NCBI GenBank assembly: GCA_030065175.1
Contig: JASJDH010000001.1
Coordinates: 854 to 64,853 of the forward strand
Reading direction: 5' to 3'
Length of the DNA stretch: 64,000 nt
Source of the DNA: Leptolyngbyaceae cyanobacterium MO_188.B28
GTDB lineage: Bacteria; Cyanobacteriota; Cyanobacteriia; Phormidesmidales; Phormidesmidaceae
Every line of letters begins with the position of its first letter. Within the stretch, counting starts at the first letter, position 1. The translations under genes were made by a program, and so were the position numbers. Of this stretch, positions 35,213 through 44,564 are shown piece by piece. The notes under the pieces were generated by a model that ran no database searches, had not been told where the DNA came from, and saw only the letters and a program-made list of their open reading frames with translations.

Positions 35213-35941
35213 ATGGAATCGATCTGGTCTTATCCGTTTCCCCCCCTATTCCCCGGCACCTTGATCAAGCGCTACAAGCGATTTTTGGCTGATATTGAAT
35301 TGGATACCGGGGAGGTGATCACAGCCCATTGTCCTAACACGGGGCCAATGACAGGGGTCTGTTTTGTGGGCGGACGAGTGCAGGTGTCCCATAACCCCAA
35401 TCCTAAACGGAAGTTGGCCTATACCTGGGAAATCGCCCAGGTAGACGCCGCCGCTGAGACTTGGGTTGGGGTGAATACGGCGCTGCCCAACCGAGTGGTG
35501 AAAGCGGCGCTGCAGGCCCAGCTTTTTTCTGAGTTAGGACATTTCGACGCAATTCAACCGGAAGCTCGCTATGGTCGGGATAAGAAGAGTCGCATTGATT
35601 TCTTGCTGACCGCTCAATCAGAGGCCCCTTCCATCTATGTGGAGGTTAAAAATACCACTTGGGCTAAAGGCAATCTCGCCCTCTTTCCGGATACGGTGAC
35701 AACGCGAGGTCAAAAACATCTGCATGAGCTGATGGCTGTACGACCCAACGCCAGAGCCGTCATGCTGTATTTCATCAATCGGGGAGATTGTTTGGAATTT
35801 TCTTCGGGAGATGAAGCTGACCCTGAGTACGGGAGGTTATTGCGGGAAGCGATCGCCCAAGGGGTTGAGATCTTGCCATGTCGATTTAACATAACCCCGA
35901 GTGAAATTTCTTATTTAGGGTTGGCGAGCCTGAAATTGTAG
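35213..35941 (+). CDS. sfsA: sugar fermentation stimulation protein homologue (SfsA nuclease-like)
   Basis: 242 aa. GTLIKRYKRFLADIELDTGEVITAHCPNTGPM, SRIDFLL, YVEVKNTT, FPDTVTTRGQKHL and the rest are characteristic SfsA blocks. Confidence 0.9.
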   Translation: MESIWSYPFPPLFPGTLIKRYKRFLADIELDTGEVITAHCPNTGPMTGVCFVGGRVQVSHNPNPKRKLAYTWEIAQVDAAAETWVGVNTALPNRVVKAALQAQLFSELGHFDAIQPEARYGRDKKSRIDFLLTAQSEAPSIYVEVKNTTWAKGNLALFPDTVTTRGQKHLHELMAVRPNARAVMLYFINRGDCLEFSSGDEADPEYGRLLREAIAQGVEILPCRFNITPSEISYLGLASLKL

Positions 35942-36013
35942 GAAAAGACAAAAGGAAAATTCACATTTACAAAAATTAAAAAAATATCTTGATAGTTACC
36001 AAATTATCCTCCC

Positions 36014-36079
36014 TTTTCCACAGGGCGCCCCCGCTTTTTCCACAGGGCACCTCCGTCTTTTCCACAGCCTTGACGGTTT
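36014..36079 (+). promoter_or_regulatory. three tandem 22-bp units beginning TTTTCCACAG (candidate iteron/operator array upstream of the PHP gene)
   Basis: U1 is 36014-36035 ttttccacagggcgcccccgct. U2 is 36036-36057 ttttccacagggcacctccgtc (18 of 22 identical to U1). U3 is 36058-36079 ttttccacagccttgacggttt (first 10 identical). The array lies 140-200 nt upstream of ATG 36217. Confidence 0.6.
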
Positions 36080-36216
36080 GCCCAATCTTAATGATCCGTT
36101 CTTCCCGCAATGGTTTCTGGTGTTTTGTAAAGCTAGTCGAGTTAAATTTACTGACTTTTTCCAAGATAGAGTTGGGTATAGTAAAAAATAGATGTTATTA
36201 ACTGTCCAAGAAAACT

Positions 36217-36966
36217 ATGGCAGTCAGTCCTGTTCAGGGAGCTGCCCCTTCTCAGAGAGTGAAAGCGCAGGATACCCGAGCACTCAAGCAAGTTTTTGCA
36301 AGCATCGAGTCAAATAGTTGTCCGAGCGTTTACAACTTTCATATGCATACCACCTGTTCTGACGGCAGGCTTGGACCAGATGAGGTGATGCAGCAGGCTA
36401 TTGCTTTAGACCTAAGGGGATTAGCCATCACCGATCACCACACCGTTGAAGGGTATGTCCAAGCGAGTGCATGGATGGAAGATTGGCGATGGCGAAATCC
36501 CACTTCCGTCAGTAAGGGGGATTTCTCAACCGAGTGTTTACACAATACTTTGCCTCATCTCTGGATTGGCGTTGAAATTAACGCCCTGTTATTAGATGTA
36601 GAGGTTCATATTTTGGGATACTCTTTTAGTCCCAATCACCCAGCTATTCAACGCTATCTTCAGGGCGGCGCTGCTCAAAGGTATGAACGTCAGGCAGAAA
36701 AAGTAATCGCGGCTATTCAAGCGGCTGGGGGGATTGCCATTTTGGCCCACCCTGCCCGCTATCGACGGCCAGCGCCAGACCTTATTCCTGAAGCAGTGAG
36801 ATTGGGTATCGATGGGGTGGAGACCTACTATGCCTATGACAATCCCGCTGTTTGGCGTCCAAGTCCTCAACAGACTAAGGCCATTAAGCGATTAGCCGAT
36901 CGCCATGAACTCTTAAGCACCTGCGGAACCGATACCCACGGGTTAACCCTCAGGAGACGATTGTGA
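36217..36966 (+). CDS. PHP-domain metal-dependent phosphoesterase (TrpH/YciV-like)
   Basis: 249 aa. YNFHMHTTCSDGRLGPDEVM, LAITDHHTVEGY, ILAHPARY and GTDTHG are the PHP His/Asp motifs. Confidence 0.8.
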   Translation: MAVSPVQGAAPSQRVKAQDTRALKQVFASIESNSCPSVYNFHMHTTCSDGRLGPDEVMQQAIALDLRGLAITDHHTVEGYVQASAWMEDWRWRNPTSVSKGDFSTECLHNTLPHLWIGVEINALLLDVEVHILGYSFSPNHPAIQRYLQGGAAQRYERQAEKVIAAIQAAGGIAILAHPARYRRPAPDLIPEAVRLGIDGVETYYAYDNPAVWRPSPQQTKAIKRLADRHELLSTCGTDTHGLTLRRRL

Positions 36967-36973
36967 CGTTTGA

Positions 36974-38260
36974 TCATTGTGACGATTGATCGTTGGGTTG
37001 CTCGGTTTGATTCTGGGTTTGCGTCAACTGGTTTGGATCAACACAGATTTCTTCCCCGTACTTAATCGGGATTTCAAATTGTAAAGCCTGATAGGAATCC
37101 CCTGGCAATAATTCTGGATTCTCTGCTAGCGCCTGGCCTAAGGATTGGGCCGCCCAGTTGTTTAAAACAGCATAACCCGTACTTTTTAGCAGCTTAGGTT
37201 GACCCATAATCTGTCCGTCAGGACTAATCAGGATGCCAATCATGGCTGAAGCAGAGGCTTGCGGGAGACAGACCCGAACAGGATTTTCAATGGGGTTTTT
37301 GATGGCCGGTAGTTCAGTCAACTGAGGCTGCAGATCCTCAACGGCTGATTCAACTTGAACATCTGCTGTCCAGACGGCGATCGCTTCTTTCGCCGCTTCT
37401 TCGCTGGTCAATTCAGCCTTATAAGCGTATCCATCCAGTCGATCTCTGATGGACTCACGCTCTGGCGCGTTGAAGGATAAGTTTGTCTGGATGCCGGCGT
37501 CTTGTTGGGTAGGTTCGTTTTCTTGGGCTCCCGGGTCTAAATTAACAGAAATGTGGAGTTCGCTATCTGTTTGCAGGCCGTCTAAATCCGTCACTCTGTT
37601 GTTAAAGTTGTCAGGCTCGAACCTGGGCAGTCTCCTTGCAGGCGCAACATTGGCAGCCGGTTGTGTCTGATTGCTTGGATTTGAAGGGGGAGTCGGCTGA
37701 TTGTTGGTTGAGGAAGCTGTTTCTGGGGATTGGGTGGGGGCGTCTATCGATCTTTGTAAAGGAGTAGGAGGGATTGGCTGTCTTAGAGGCAGGGGATTTG
37801 GGTATGGAGAGGATGTGGGATTGGTCAGCGATCCGAAGGGAGGAAGAGTCGTTGGGATGGTGCTGAGGGGGGGAAGTGTTTGAATAAAGGTAGAGGGTTC
37901 CTGCCAATCTTGGGGTAACCCGTTTGATGGGAGATTCCTTGAGAATGGGTTGGGAAGGTTAGGGGGTGTTGTTGTCGGCAAATTCAAGGCGTCCCCTTGA
38001 TTTAAGTCAGGAGAAAGCAGGAACGATTGGTTTGAGAAGTTTGGCAGGCGGCCTTGTTCCTCCGGGGTTAGCTCGACCAGAGGAACGGTATGGGGTCGAT
38101 TCCAGGCTCCGGGATTCGTCCATGAGGTGAGGGCGGAAGAGGAAAAGCTGGGAGAAGCGGCGAATAACACGCCATGGATGCCTGCAGACGTGAAAACCGC
38201 TAACCAGGTCGGCTGCCGGAATGTCTGCAGCAATGGTTTAAGTGAGGGTAGAGAAGCCAT
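36974..38260 (-). CDS. proline-rich membrane-anchored protein, possibly with a TonB-C-like terminal domain
   Basis: 428 aa. N-terminal TM helix WLAVFTSAGIHGVLFAA, a long Pro/Thr/Asn-rich spacer, and C-terminal ...ISPDGQIMGQPKLLKSTGYAVLNNWAAQSL, which resembles the TonB C-terminal SSG..LD.AA pattern. This is inference. Confidence 0.45.
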   Translation of the reverse strand: MASLPSLKPLLQTFRQPTWLAVFTSAGIHGVLFAASPSFSSSALTSWTNPGAWNRPHTVPLVELTPEEQGRLPNFSNQSFLLSPDLNQGDALNLPTTTPPNLPNPFSRNLPSNGLPQDWQEPSTFIQTLPPLSTIPTTLPPFGSLTNPTSSPYPNPLPLRQPIPPTPLQRSIDAPTQSPETASSTNNQPTPPSNPSNQTQPAANVAPARRLPRFEPDNFNNRVTDLDGLQTDSELHISVNLDPGAQENEPTQQDAGIQTNLSFNAPERESIRDRLDGYAYKAELTSEEAAKEAIAVWTADVQVESAVEDLQPQLTELPAIKNPIENPVRVCLPQASASAMIGILISPDGQIMGQPKLLKSTGYAVLNNWAAQSLGQALAENPELLPGDSYQALQFEIPIKYGEEICVDPNQLTQTQNQTEQPNDQSSQ

Positions 38261-38414
38261 AAAGATAGTCAGTAAGCGCCTGAAGATTTCTTAGACTCCG
38301 GTGGAGCTGAAAAGTTGCCTCTAGCGTGTTCTAGTTTGGTTGACTGGGTCATCAACCTAAGGTGGGAAATTCTGATTGAAACAGGAAATGGAAGGCAGTA
38401 GACGGAGGCCAGTT

Positions 38415-39155
38415 TTAAGGCCTAACCTGAATCACCAATAAGGAAAAGTAGGGGAGCTGCAGTCTGGGGCGTTTACTTAAATCAGCATAGATCACTTGAT
38501 CAGGCTTAGTGGCGTTCTCCACGGCGTAACTATGGTCCAACAATTGGTGCTTGTCGAGGACTGACCAAACCTGCGGGTAAACTGAGCTGACTTTTAGTAA
38601 CACGACGACATCCGCCCATGAAAGGGCTGTTTCTAAGTGGGCTACAGATTGTAGCGCGGGTAAGATAGCGAGTCGTTGGGCCTGAATTGTCAAGGGTATT
38701 CCCAGAACCGCCGCCGCCGCTAGGGGGGAGCAAACCCCCGGCGTTGCTTGGATGGAAGCCTCCGGATGCAGCTGCTGTAGGGTTTGAGCCAAATAGGTAA
38801 ATGTACTGTAGAAACTGACATCCCCTTCTGAGGCAAAGACGACGTCCCGCCCTTTCTGTAGATGAAGCCAGACTTCCTCAGAGGCGACTTTCCAAGCCTC
38901 CGTGAGAATTTGTCGATCCTCTGTATAAGGAAACTTCAATGCCAGTTGCACTTGGTCCGGATTCAGCCAGGGTGAAATTATGTCCTGCGCCCTCCCTTTC
39001 CGTCCCTGCACCCCCGCTGGAAACGCCACTACAGGGGCTGATTTTAACAGCCGTAACGCTTTAATGGTGATTAATTCTGGGTCTCCTGGGCCTACCCCTA
39101 CGCCATAGAGCGTGCCAAGTGATAGCGACGGCGCCGTTTTTTTTGAGTCAGTCAC
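38415..39155 (-). CDS. cobI: precorrin-2 C20-methyltransferase
   Basis: 246 aa. LYGVGVGPGDPELITIKALRLL, VVFASEGDVSFYSTF and TPGVCSPLAAAAVLGIPL are class III tetrapyrrole methylase motifs with CobI/CbiL spacing. Confidence 0.82.
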   Translation of the reverse strand: MTDSKKTAPSLSLGTLYGVGVGPGDPELITIKALRLLKSAPVVAFPAGVQGRKGRAQDIISPWLNPDQVQLALKFPYTEDRQILTEAWKVASEEVWLHLQKGRDVVFASEGDVSFYSTFTYLAQTLQQLHPEASIQATPGVCSPLAAAAVLGIPLTIQAQRLAILPALQSVAHLETALSWADVVVLLKVSSVYPQVWSVLDKHQLLDHSYAVENATKPDQVIYADLSKRPRLQLPYFSLLVIQVRP

Positions 39156-39256
39156 AAAATAAAGAGTTCATGTCCTTTACAAGACCCGAGTAAAAACTCT
39201 AGCCATATCCAGGATAAAGTCTTCCCAAGGGTGGATAATGCCATAGAACACTCTCC

Positions 39257-39616
39257 ATGAAAGATCTTGTGAAGTACTTTTTCCTATCTGATGGTTGGAC
39301 AACTGGCAGAATATGGGAATTTGGCGGTCTTTGGAATGAGATTGCCTGGCAACGTAAGCCCCGAATTTATCGCCTTAATCTCTGCATCGAAGAACATGAT
39401 GAAAAACTCTGGCTCTATCAGGTAGAAGACGCCATCCTGATGGTTGAGGTCAAGCCCCAAGGTGGGAGCGATCAGCCGATTGGTCAAGTTGTGCTAAAGC
39501 GGTTGATCACCGCTGAACAGGCCATTCAACGGCTTTGCGCCGCCGAGTGTGTATCGACTATTTCCTCTGAAGATAAAGGATTGGGGCTTGAAAACCGGAA
39601 TAAAGGCGTTGATTAA
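39257..39616 (+). CDS. hypothetical protein
   Basis: 119-aa ORF with no recognised motif. The coding call rests only on length and on its position in an otherwise empty interval. Confidence 0.4.
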   Translation: MKDLVKYFFLSDGWTTGRIWEFGGLWNEIAWQRKPRIYRLNLCIEEHDEKLWLYQVEDAILMVEVKPQGGSDQPIGQVVLKRLITAEQAIQRLCAAECVSTISSEDKGLGLENRNKGVD

Positions 39617-41466
39617 TATAGTTCCTCTGATGAAGGATCCGCCAAATTGCTGATCGCCCGCTGAAGGGCGGCTAAAGAGCGGTTATAGCCCAAAATAGCA
39701 TCGATCAGGCGAACTTCTGCATCCGTCAATTCTCTTTGCGCGGTGAGCACGTCGAGTTGGGTGCCAACCCCGGCGTCTAATCTTAAGTTAGCCAACTCCA
39801 GCGCCTCTTTAGCCTGCTCTACAGCAAGCTCAGCAGTTATGATATTGGTCTTATTGGCTTCCAGACTGTAGTAAGATTGTTCGACATTGAAACGAATTCC
39901 ATTACGGGTGGCTGAGAAGTTGGTCTCGGCAATTTCGATATCCCGCTCTTGTTGGGCTGCCCTAGCCGCCGCCGCTCCGCCTTCAAAAAGGGTCCAATTC
40001 AGCCGGGCGCCGAAGCGATAAGTATCTTCGATTCCTCCACTCTGATTTAGAGTATCAGTGAAGTCGTAGTTGGCGAACAAACTAATCGTAGGGCCCAGAG
40101 CGGCAAGGTCTCTTCGCCGCTCCTGCTCGTTTATTTCTCGCTCAACCAGTTGTTGTTCCAGCTCGGCCCGATTCTGAAAAGCCAGGACAATACTTTCCTC
40201 AAGCGAGAGGGGCCAAGATTCGGCGACTTCCACGGGAGTGGTGGAGATATCTAAAGAAGGCGGTAGGTTGAGGCGTTGGGCCAAGGCTCGTTGGGCGACC
40301 TCTTTATCGCTTTGGGCTTGAACCAATTCCTGACGGGCGTCTGCAGCCTGAACTTCAGCCCGCAGCACATCGAAGCGAGTACCGACTCCCACTTCTTCGC
40401 GGAGCCTGTTGTCTTCCAGGTTCCGCTCCGTCTCTTCTACAAACGCCTGGTTAATGCGGATCTGTTCAATGGCATTCTGAAGGTCGTAGTAGTTATTGCT
40501 GGTGTCCAAGCGCAAATCCTCTTGAATCACCTCCACATTTAATTCACTATTACGAACCCGGCGTTCAGCCGCACCAATGGTTCCGGAACGGAATCCAGAC
40601 CTGAACACGTCATAGCTGAGTTCCAGCCTATTATTAAAGTTGACGTCAATATCCCGGTCACTACCAGCGAAGGTTGAAGAGGTAGTGTTTTCCTGACCTG
40701 TTAGGTCACTATTCAACGTCAAAGTGGGAAACAACAGGGCTTGAGCTTCCCTTAAAGCCGAACGAGCTTGGTCGAGCTGCAGTAAGGCGACCTGGAGAGT
40801 TTCGTTATTGCGATAGGCCAACTCAATGGCTTGCTCAAGGGTGATAGGTTGGGTGCCAAGAATATCCACTTCTTCCGGCTGGGTTGGGAATAATAGCGGA
40901 TTGGGATCAGGATTGAGATACTCCGGAGCGGCTCCCTCCTCCACAGTCAGTTCACTTGGAGAGGGTTCTGGGTCAAAGGGGGTTAATCTATCCTGACTCG
41001 CTTCATCAGTCAGGGGTGCTTGGGCCAGCTCATCGACTGTTAATTGAACCGGTAAAGCATAAGCATTGGCGTTGAATTTGATATATCCTGAGCTGGATGA
41101 GGGGTCCAATACCGATTTGTTCAATAGGGAGACGGGCTTGAAAGGCGGAGCCGCCTCTCCTTTTGCGCCGCCATCCCTTGGAATTGCCTGGGGCGGCTCA
41201 TGGTCTAAAAGCTGAGTTGGAGACCAATGGGGATTGAAGGTAGAGTCAAAATTTTCTGGAATTCTGTTTGCGGAGGAGATCGGATCTGGCGCCTCTTGCT
41301 CAGAAATGGAGGGTGATTGGGGAAAGTGGGCTTTAAAGTGTTTAGGGGCCGCCTCTTTGGAATCAACGGGCATGGCCTTTGCCGAGAAAGGAACTAGGGC
41401 GATCGCAGATCCCATGCTCAGCAGCGTTAAAAGCATTGAAGAAGAGCAGTGAAAGGAGTTTTTCAT
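39613..41466 (-). CDS. TolC-family outer-membrane efflux protein
   Basis: 617 aa. Signal peptide LLTLLSMGSAIALVPFSAKA and a low-complexity N-terminal extension. Two OEP repeats follow (LTLEQAIELAYRNNETLQVALLQLDQARSALREA... and LSLEESIVLAFQNRAELEQ...), with the characteristic coiled-coil/beta alternation. Confidence 0.85.
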   Translation of the reverse strand: MKNSFHCSSSMLLTLLSMGSAIALVPFSAKAMPVDSKEAAPKHFKAHFPQSPSISEQEAPDPISSANRIPENFDSTFNPHWSPTQLLDHEPPQAIPRDGGAKGEAAPPFKPVSLLNKSVLDPSSSSGYIKFNANAYALPVQLTVDELAQAPLTDEASQDRLTPFDPEPSPSELTVEEGAAPEYLNPDPNPLLFPTQPEEVDILGTQPITLEQAIELAYRNNETLQVALLQLDQARSALREAQALLFPTLTLNSDLTGQENTTSSTFAGSDRDIDVNFNNRLELSYDVFRSGFRSGTIGAAERRVRNSELNVEVIQEDLRLDTSNNYYDLQNAIEQIRINQAFVEETERNLEDNRLREEVGVGTRFDVLRAEVQAADARQELVQAQSDKEVAQRALAQRLNLPPSLDISTTPVEVAESWPLSLEESIVLAFQNRAELEQQLVEREINEQERRRDLAALGPTISLFANYDFTDTLNQSGGIEDTYRFGARLNWTLFEGGAAAARAAQQERDIEIAETNFSATRNGIRFNVEQSYYSLEANKTNIITAELAVEQAKEALELANLRLDAGVGTQLDVLTAQRELTDAEVRLIDAILGYNRSLAALQRAISNLADPSSEELY

Positions 41467-41550
41467 AAAAACTGACTCAAGCGGTACGCGAGATAGGGCA
41501 ACTGGACCTTTACAACGGTGTTAATATCCTCAGGTTTTGCGGCCCCCATG

Positions 41551-41575
41551 CGATGGATACATAATCCATCGTTTT
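41551..41575 (+). terminator. terminator-like hairpin on the plus strand with no plus-strand gene upstream
   Basis: A perfect 8-bp stem CGATGGAT / ATCCATCG with the 5-nt loop ACATA, followed by TTTT. It lies in the gap between two minus-strand genes. Confidence 0.4.
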
Positions 41576-41724
41576 CATAGAGGTTTCAGGATAGATTATT
41601 GTGGGCGGCGATAACTTTATAGCACCGAATCAAGTCAAGTAGAGCCAGCAAACTAATCGGCTCCCCGGCTTATAGAATACTGGAATGCTGGATATAGTCA
41701 GGTCCAATCTAAGAATTCTTTCAA

Positions 41725-43086
41725 CTAACTGACCACTAGAGACCCGATACAAGCTTGAATCAAAGCTTGGGTATCTTCAATGGGCCAGATTGGCCGGTGC
41801 AGTTGTGAGCTTAATTCAGCCACAGACATATCATCCAAGAAAAAGGATTCTGCTAAACGCCGACTATCTGATTGTTTGAGCATCAGAGTAGGGAGTAACA
41901 CGCCTGATCCCAGATCCTGACCCTGCAGAGACGTCAAAATATCCTGTCCCGTTAGGAGTCCAGTCACGGTAATCGATTGTCCCCAATAATCGCTTCGCAG
42001 CGCCGCCATTTTTAGATCTAATCCGTTCACTTGATTGAGCTGCTCTAGAATCGGTTGAAAAGCCTGTTCGACCGCATTCCCCACTACCCATGTGAGGCGG
42101 CGAGGAGGAGAAACCTCCGCTGGTAAAACTGTCGCTGCCGCCTCGAACTGTCTAAGAAATTGGCGAATTGAACCAACCCCATTACCAATTTGAGGATAGG
42201 TTTCGTAGTGGGATTCAGGGGGTAAATCTTGGCCTGCTATCAAGAACCATTCATCAGCCAGCCAAGCAAACGTGGAGCCTAACTGTTGTCTAAATTTCTC
42301 CTGTAGCGGCTGAACTTGACTGATGACCGCTTGGGCCTGGCCCCGACTGACGGGCGTCAACTCATCTTCTGCGGGGCGAAATCGAGTCAGACCCACCGGC
42401 ACGACGGCGACGGAGACGACGGTTGGCAGATCGCCTGAATGGAATTGGGCCAGGTCTTGTAGAGTCCGCTCTAAGTGGGCCCCATCGTTGATGGTTGGAC
42501 ACACGACCACTTGAGCATGAATTTGCAGTCGATTGTCTTGGAACCACTGCAGGTGGGACAAAATTTCCCCGGCTCGGGGATTTTTGAGCAACCGCCTTCG
42601 GACGTCGGGTTCGGTCGCATGGATGGAAACATAGAGCGGCGACAGGCGCAGTTGAGCAATGCGCTCCCATTCCTTGGGCGGTAGGTTGGTTAGAGTTAGA
42701 TAACTACCGTAAAGAAAACTTAGCCGATAGTCATCATCTTTTAGGTATAGGGTTTCTCGTTTGTCGGGAGGTTGCTGGTCGATGAAGCAGAAAGGACAGC
42801 GATTATTGCACTGGATCAGACCATCGAATAGGGCCGATTCAAACGCTAGGCCCAAGTCCTCGTCATAGTCTTTTTCCAGTTCGATCTGATGGATTTGACC
42901 TTGAGCGTCTAGAACTTCTAGCGCCAAACTCTCATCGGCGCAGAGAAACTGATAGTCGATTAAGTCGCGGGGACGTTGGCCGTTAATGGATACGAGTTGA
43001 TCTCCCGGTTCAAATCCGATCTCGGCTGCAATGGAGTTAGGGGTGACCGAGCTAATCACGGCTGGACGAATTGAGGACGTGCTCAT
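41725..43086 (-). CDS. PDZ-domain radical-SAM-like protein (DUF512 / cyanobacterial FeS-protein family)
   Basis: 453 aa. N-terminal PDZ-like segment VTPNSIAAEIGFEPGDQLVSINGQ, Cys triad CNNRCPFC (aa 93, 97, 100), then the long conserved C-terminal domain. Confidence 0.8.
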   Translation of the reverse strand: MSTSSIRPAVISSVTPNSIAAEIGFEPGDQLVSINGQRPRDLIDYQFLCADESLALEVLDAQGQIHQIELEKDYDEDLGLAFESALFDGLIQCNNRCPFCFIDQQPPDKRETLYLKDDDYRLSFLYGSYLTLTNLPPKEWERIAQLRLSPLYVSIHATEPDVRRRLLKNPRAGEILSHLQWFQDNRLQIHAQVVVCPTINDGAHLERTLQDLAQFHSGDLPTVVSVAVVPVGLTRFRPAEDELTPVSRGQAQAVISQVQPLQEKFRQQLGSTFAWLADEWFLIAGQDLPPESHYETYPQIGNGVGSIRQFLRQFEAAATVLPAEVSPPRRLTWVVGNAVEQAFQPILEQLNQVNGLDLKMAALRSDYWGQSITVTGLLTGQDILTSLQGQDLGSGVLLPTLMLKQSDSRRLAESFFLDDMSVAELSSQLHRPIWPIEDTQALIQACIGSLVVS

Positions 43087-43127
43087 GGTTAAGGAAGGCC
43101 ATGCTAGCTCTTGGCAGGCAATGGCGC

Positions 43128-44048
43128 TTAGACATTTTGTAAAACATTGGCGGCGATCGCGAATAAAATGGACGCCCCAAACCCCAAACGGTACCAGACA
43201 AACACCCAGGTGCTGTGATTTTTAAGAAACCGTAACAGCCAAACGATCACGATATAAGAAGAGATCAACGCTGAAACGAGTCCGCCGATCATGGGGATAA
43301 GCCCAATATAATTGGCTTGCGCATCCAGAAATCCCTTCAGTTCTACCAGGCCGGCTAGGGTGATCGCTGGAATTCCCATCAAAAAAGAGAAGCGAGCTGC
43401 GGTTGCGCGGTCCAATCCCATAAATAGTCCTGCGGTTAATGTGGATCCCGCTCGGGAGACGCCTGGAATTAACGCTAATGCCTGAGCCGCACCCATGCCG
43501 ATTCCATCGAATAGCCCTAACCCGTCAAACCCGCGTTTGCGTTTGCCAAGAATTTCGGAAATTCCCAGAAATATCCCCATCACAATGGAGGCGATGGCGA
43601 TCGCAGCGCTGCTGCGCAACGGCGACTGATCAAAATTGGGGAGAAACAATTTGATCAAACCCCCAAAAAAAACGATCGGTAAGGTGCCGATCAGAATCCC
43701 TAATCCCACCCGGAAGTCTGCCGAGTCAAAGCGCGACTCACTGGCGGCTTCCGCCATATTCAGCATGAGTTCTCTGAGATCCGCCCAAAAATATGACAGA
43801 ATGGCGGCAATACTCCCCAATTGGATGATGGCGGTGAATGCTACGCCCGGATCGCCCCAACCCAGCAGAACCGGCACGATCTTCACATGGGCGGTGCTGC
43901 TGATCGGTAGAAACTCCGTTAATCCTTGAACAACACCGAGGATGAGGGCTTGAAGCAAATTTAAGCGGTTGAGAGAGGAGGCGTCACTGGTCTCAACCAC
44001 CCCGATCAGCAGGGGTAGCCATTTCCCAACAAATAGATAGCTCATCAT
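43128..44048 (-). CDS. uppP: undecaprenyl-diphosphate phosphatase
   Basis: LILGVVQGLTEFLPISSTAHV, the PGVSRAGSTL motif, and about 8 TM helices. The start is set at ATGATG 44048 (306 aa). The ORF-track start at 44171 adds an unlikely 41-aa leader, so the start remains uncertain. Confidence 0.88.
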   Translation of the reverse strand: MMSYLFVGKWLPLLIGVVETSDASSLNRLNLLQALILGVVQGLTEFLPISSTAHVKIVPVLLGWGDPGVAFTAIIQLGSIAAILSYFWADLRELMLNMAEAASESRFDSADFRVGLGILIGTLPIVFFGGLIKLFLPNFDQSPLRSSAAIAIASIVMGIFLGISEILGKRKRGFDGLGLFDGIGMGAAQALALIPGVSRAGSTLTAGLFMGLDRATAARFSFLMGIPAITLAGLVELKGFLDAQANYIGLIPMIGGLVSALISSYIVIVWLLRFLKNHSTWVFVWYRLGFGASILFAIAANVLQNV

Positions 44049-44564
44049 AGATAAGACAGAACAGTTAAGCTCAAATACGAGTGAATTAAAGGGATGGACT
44101 GGGAATGGCGCCATGCGGCTTGATCGCCCCCTTAACCGATTTAGCGGAGGGGACGCTAGAAACTGACCCATCCCGACTAATCCTGATTAATTGAGCTTCA
44201 GCCGCAGTAACTGATATGAGTTGTTCTCAGCTAGTTACAGTGACTGGCGTAATCTCTATGCCGTTCCGTCTGAGGAGTACGCAGAGGTAAGGCATCCCAT
44301 TACTCTACAGATAAAAATCCAGCTTTTCCGAATCTTTCGAGATCCTCCTGATTCTCCAATACATTTGGGACTAACCTGCTGAAGAAGCGAATCGGATAGC
44401 CTGTCCTCAACCGTTGACGCCGGGATCATAGAGACTTTACAGAACCATTGATGGATTAGGGCATATTTGGAGACAACTTTCCCGATTGGAAAACTTTCCG
44501 GATTCCTTTTGAGCAGAGATTAGGCGTGGTATGTTGAGAAAGATTAAATACTCTAAGGAATATT

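Noticed and set aside
38261-39256. A cobalamin riboswitch upstream of cobI.
   Set aside because: The upstream spacer (39156-39256) is only about 100 bp and shows no B12-box-like sequence, so it is too short for the riboswitch.
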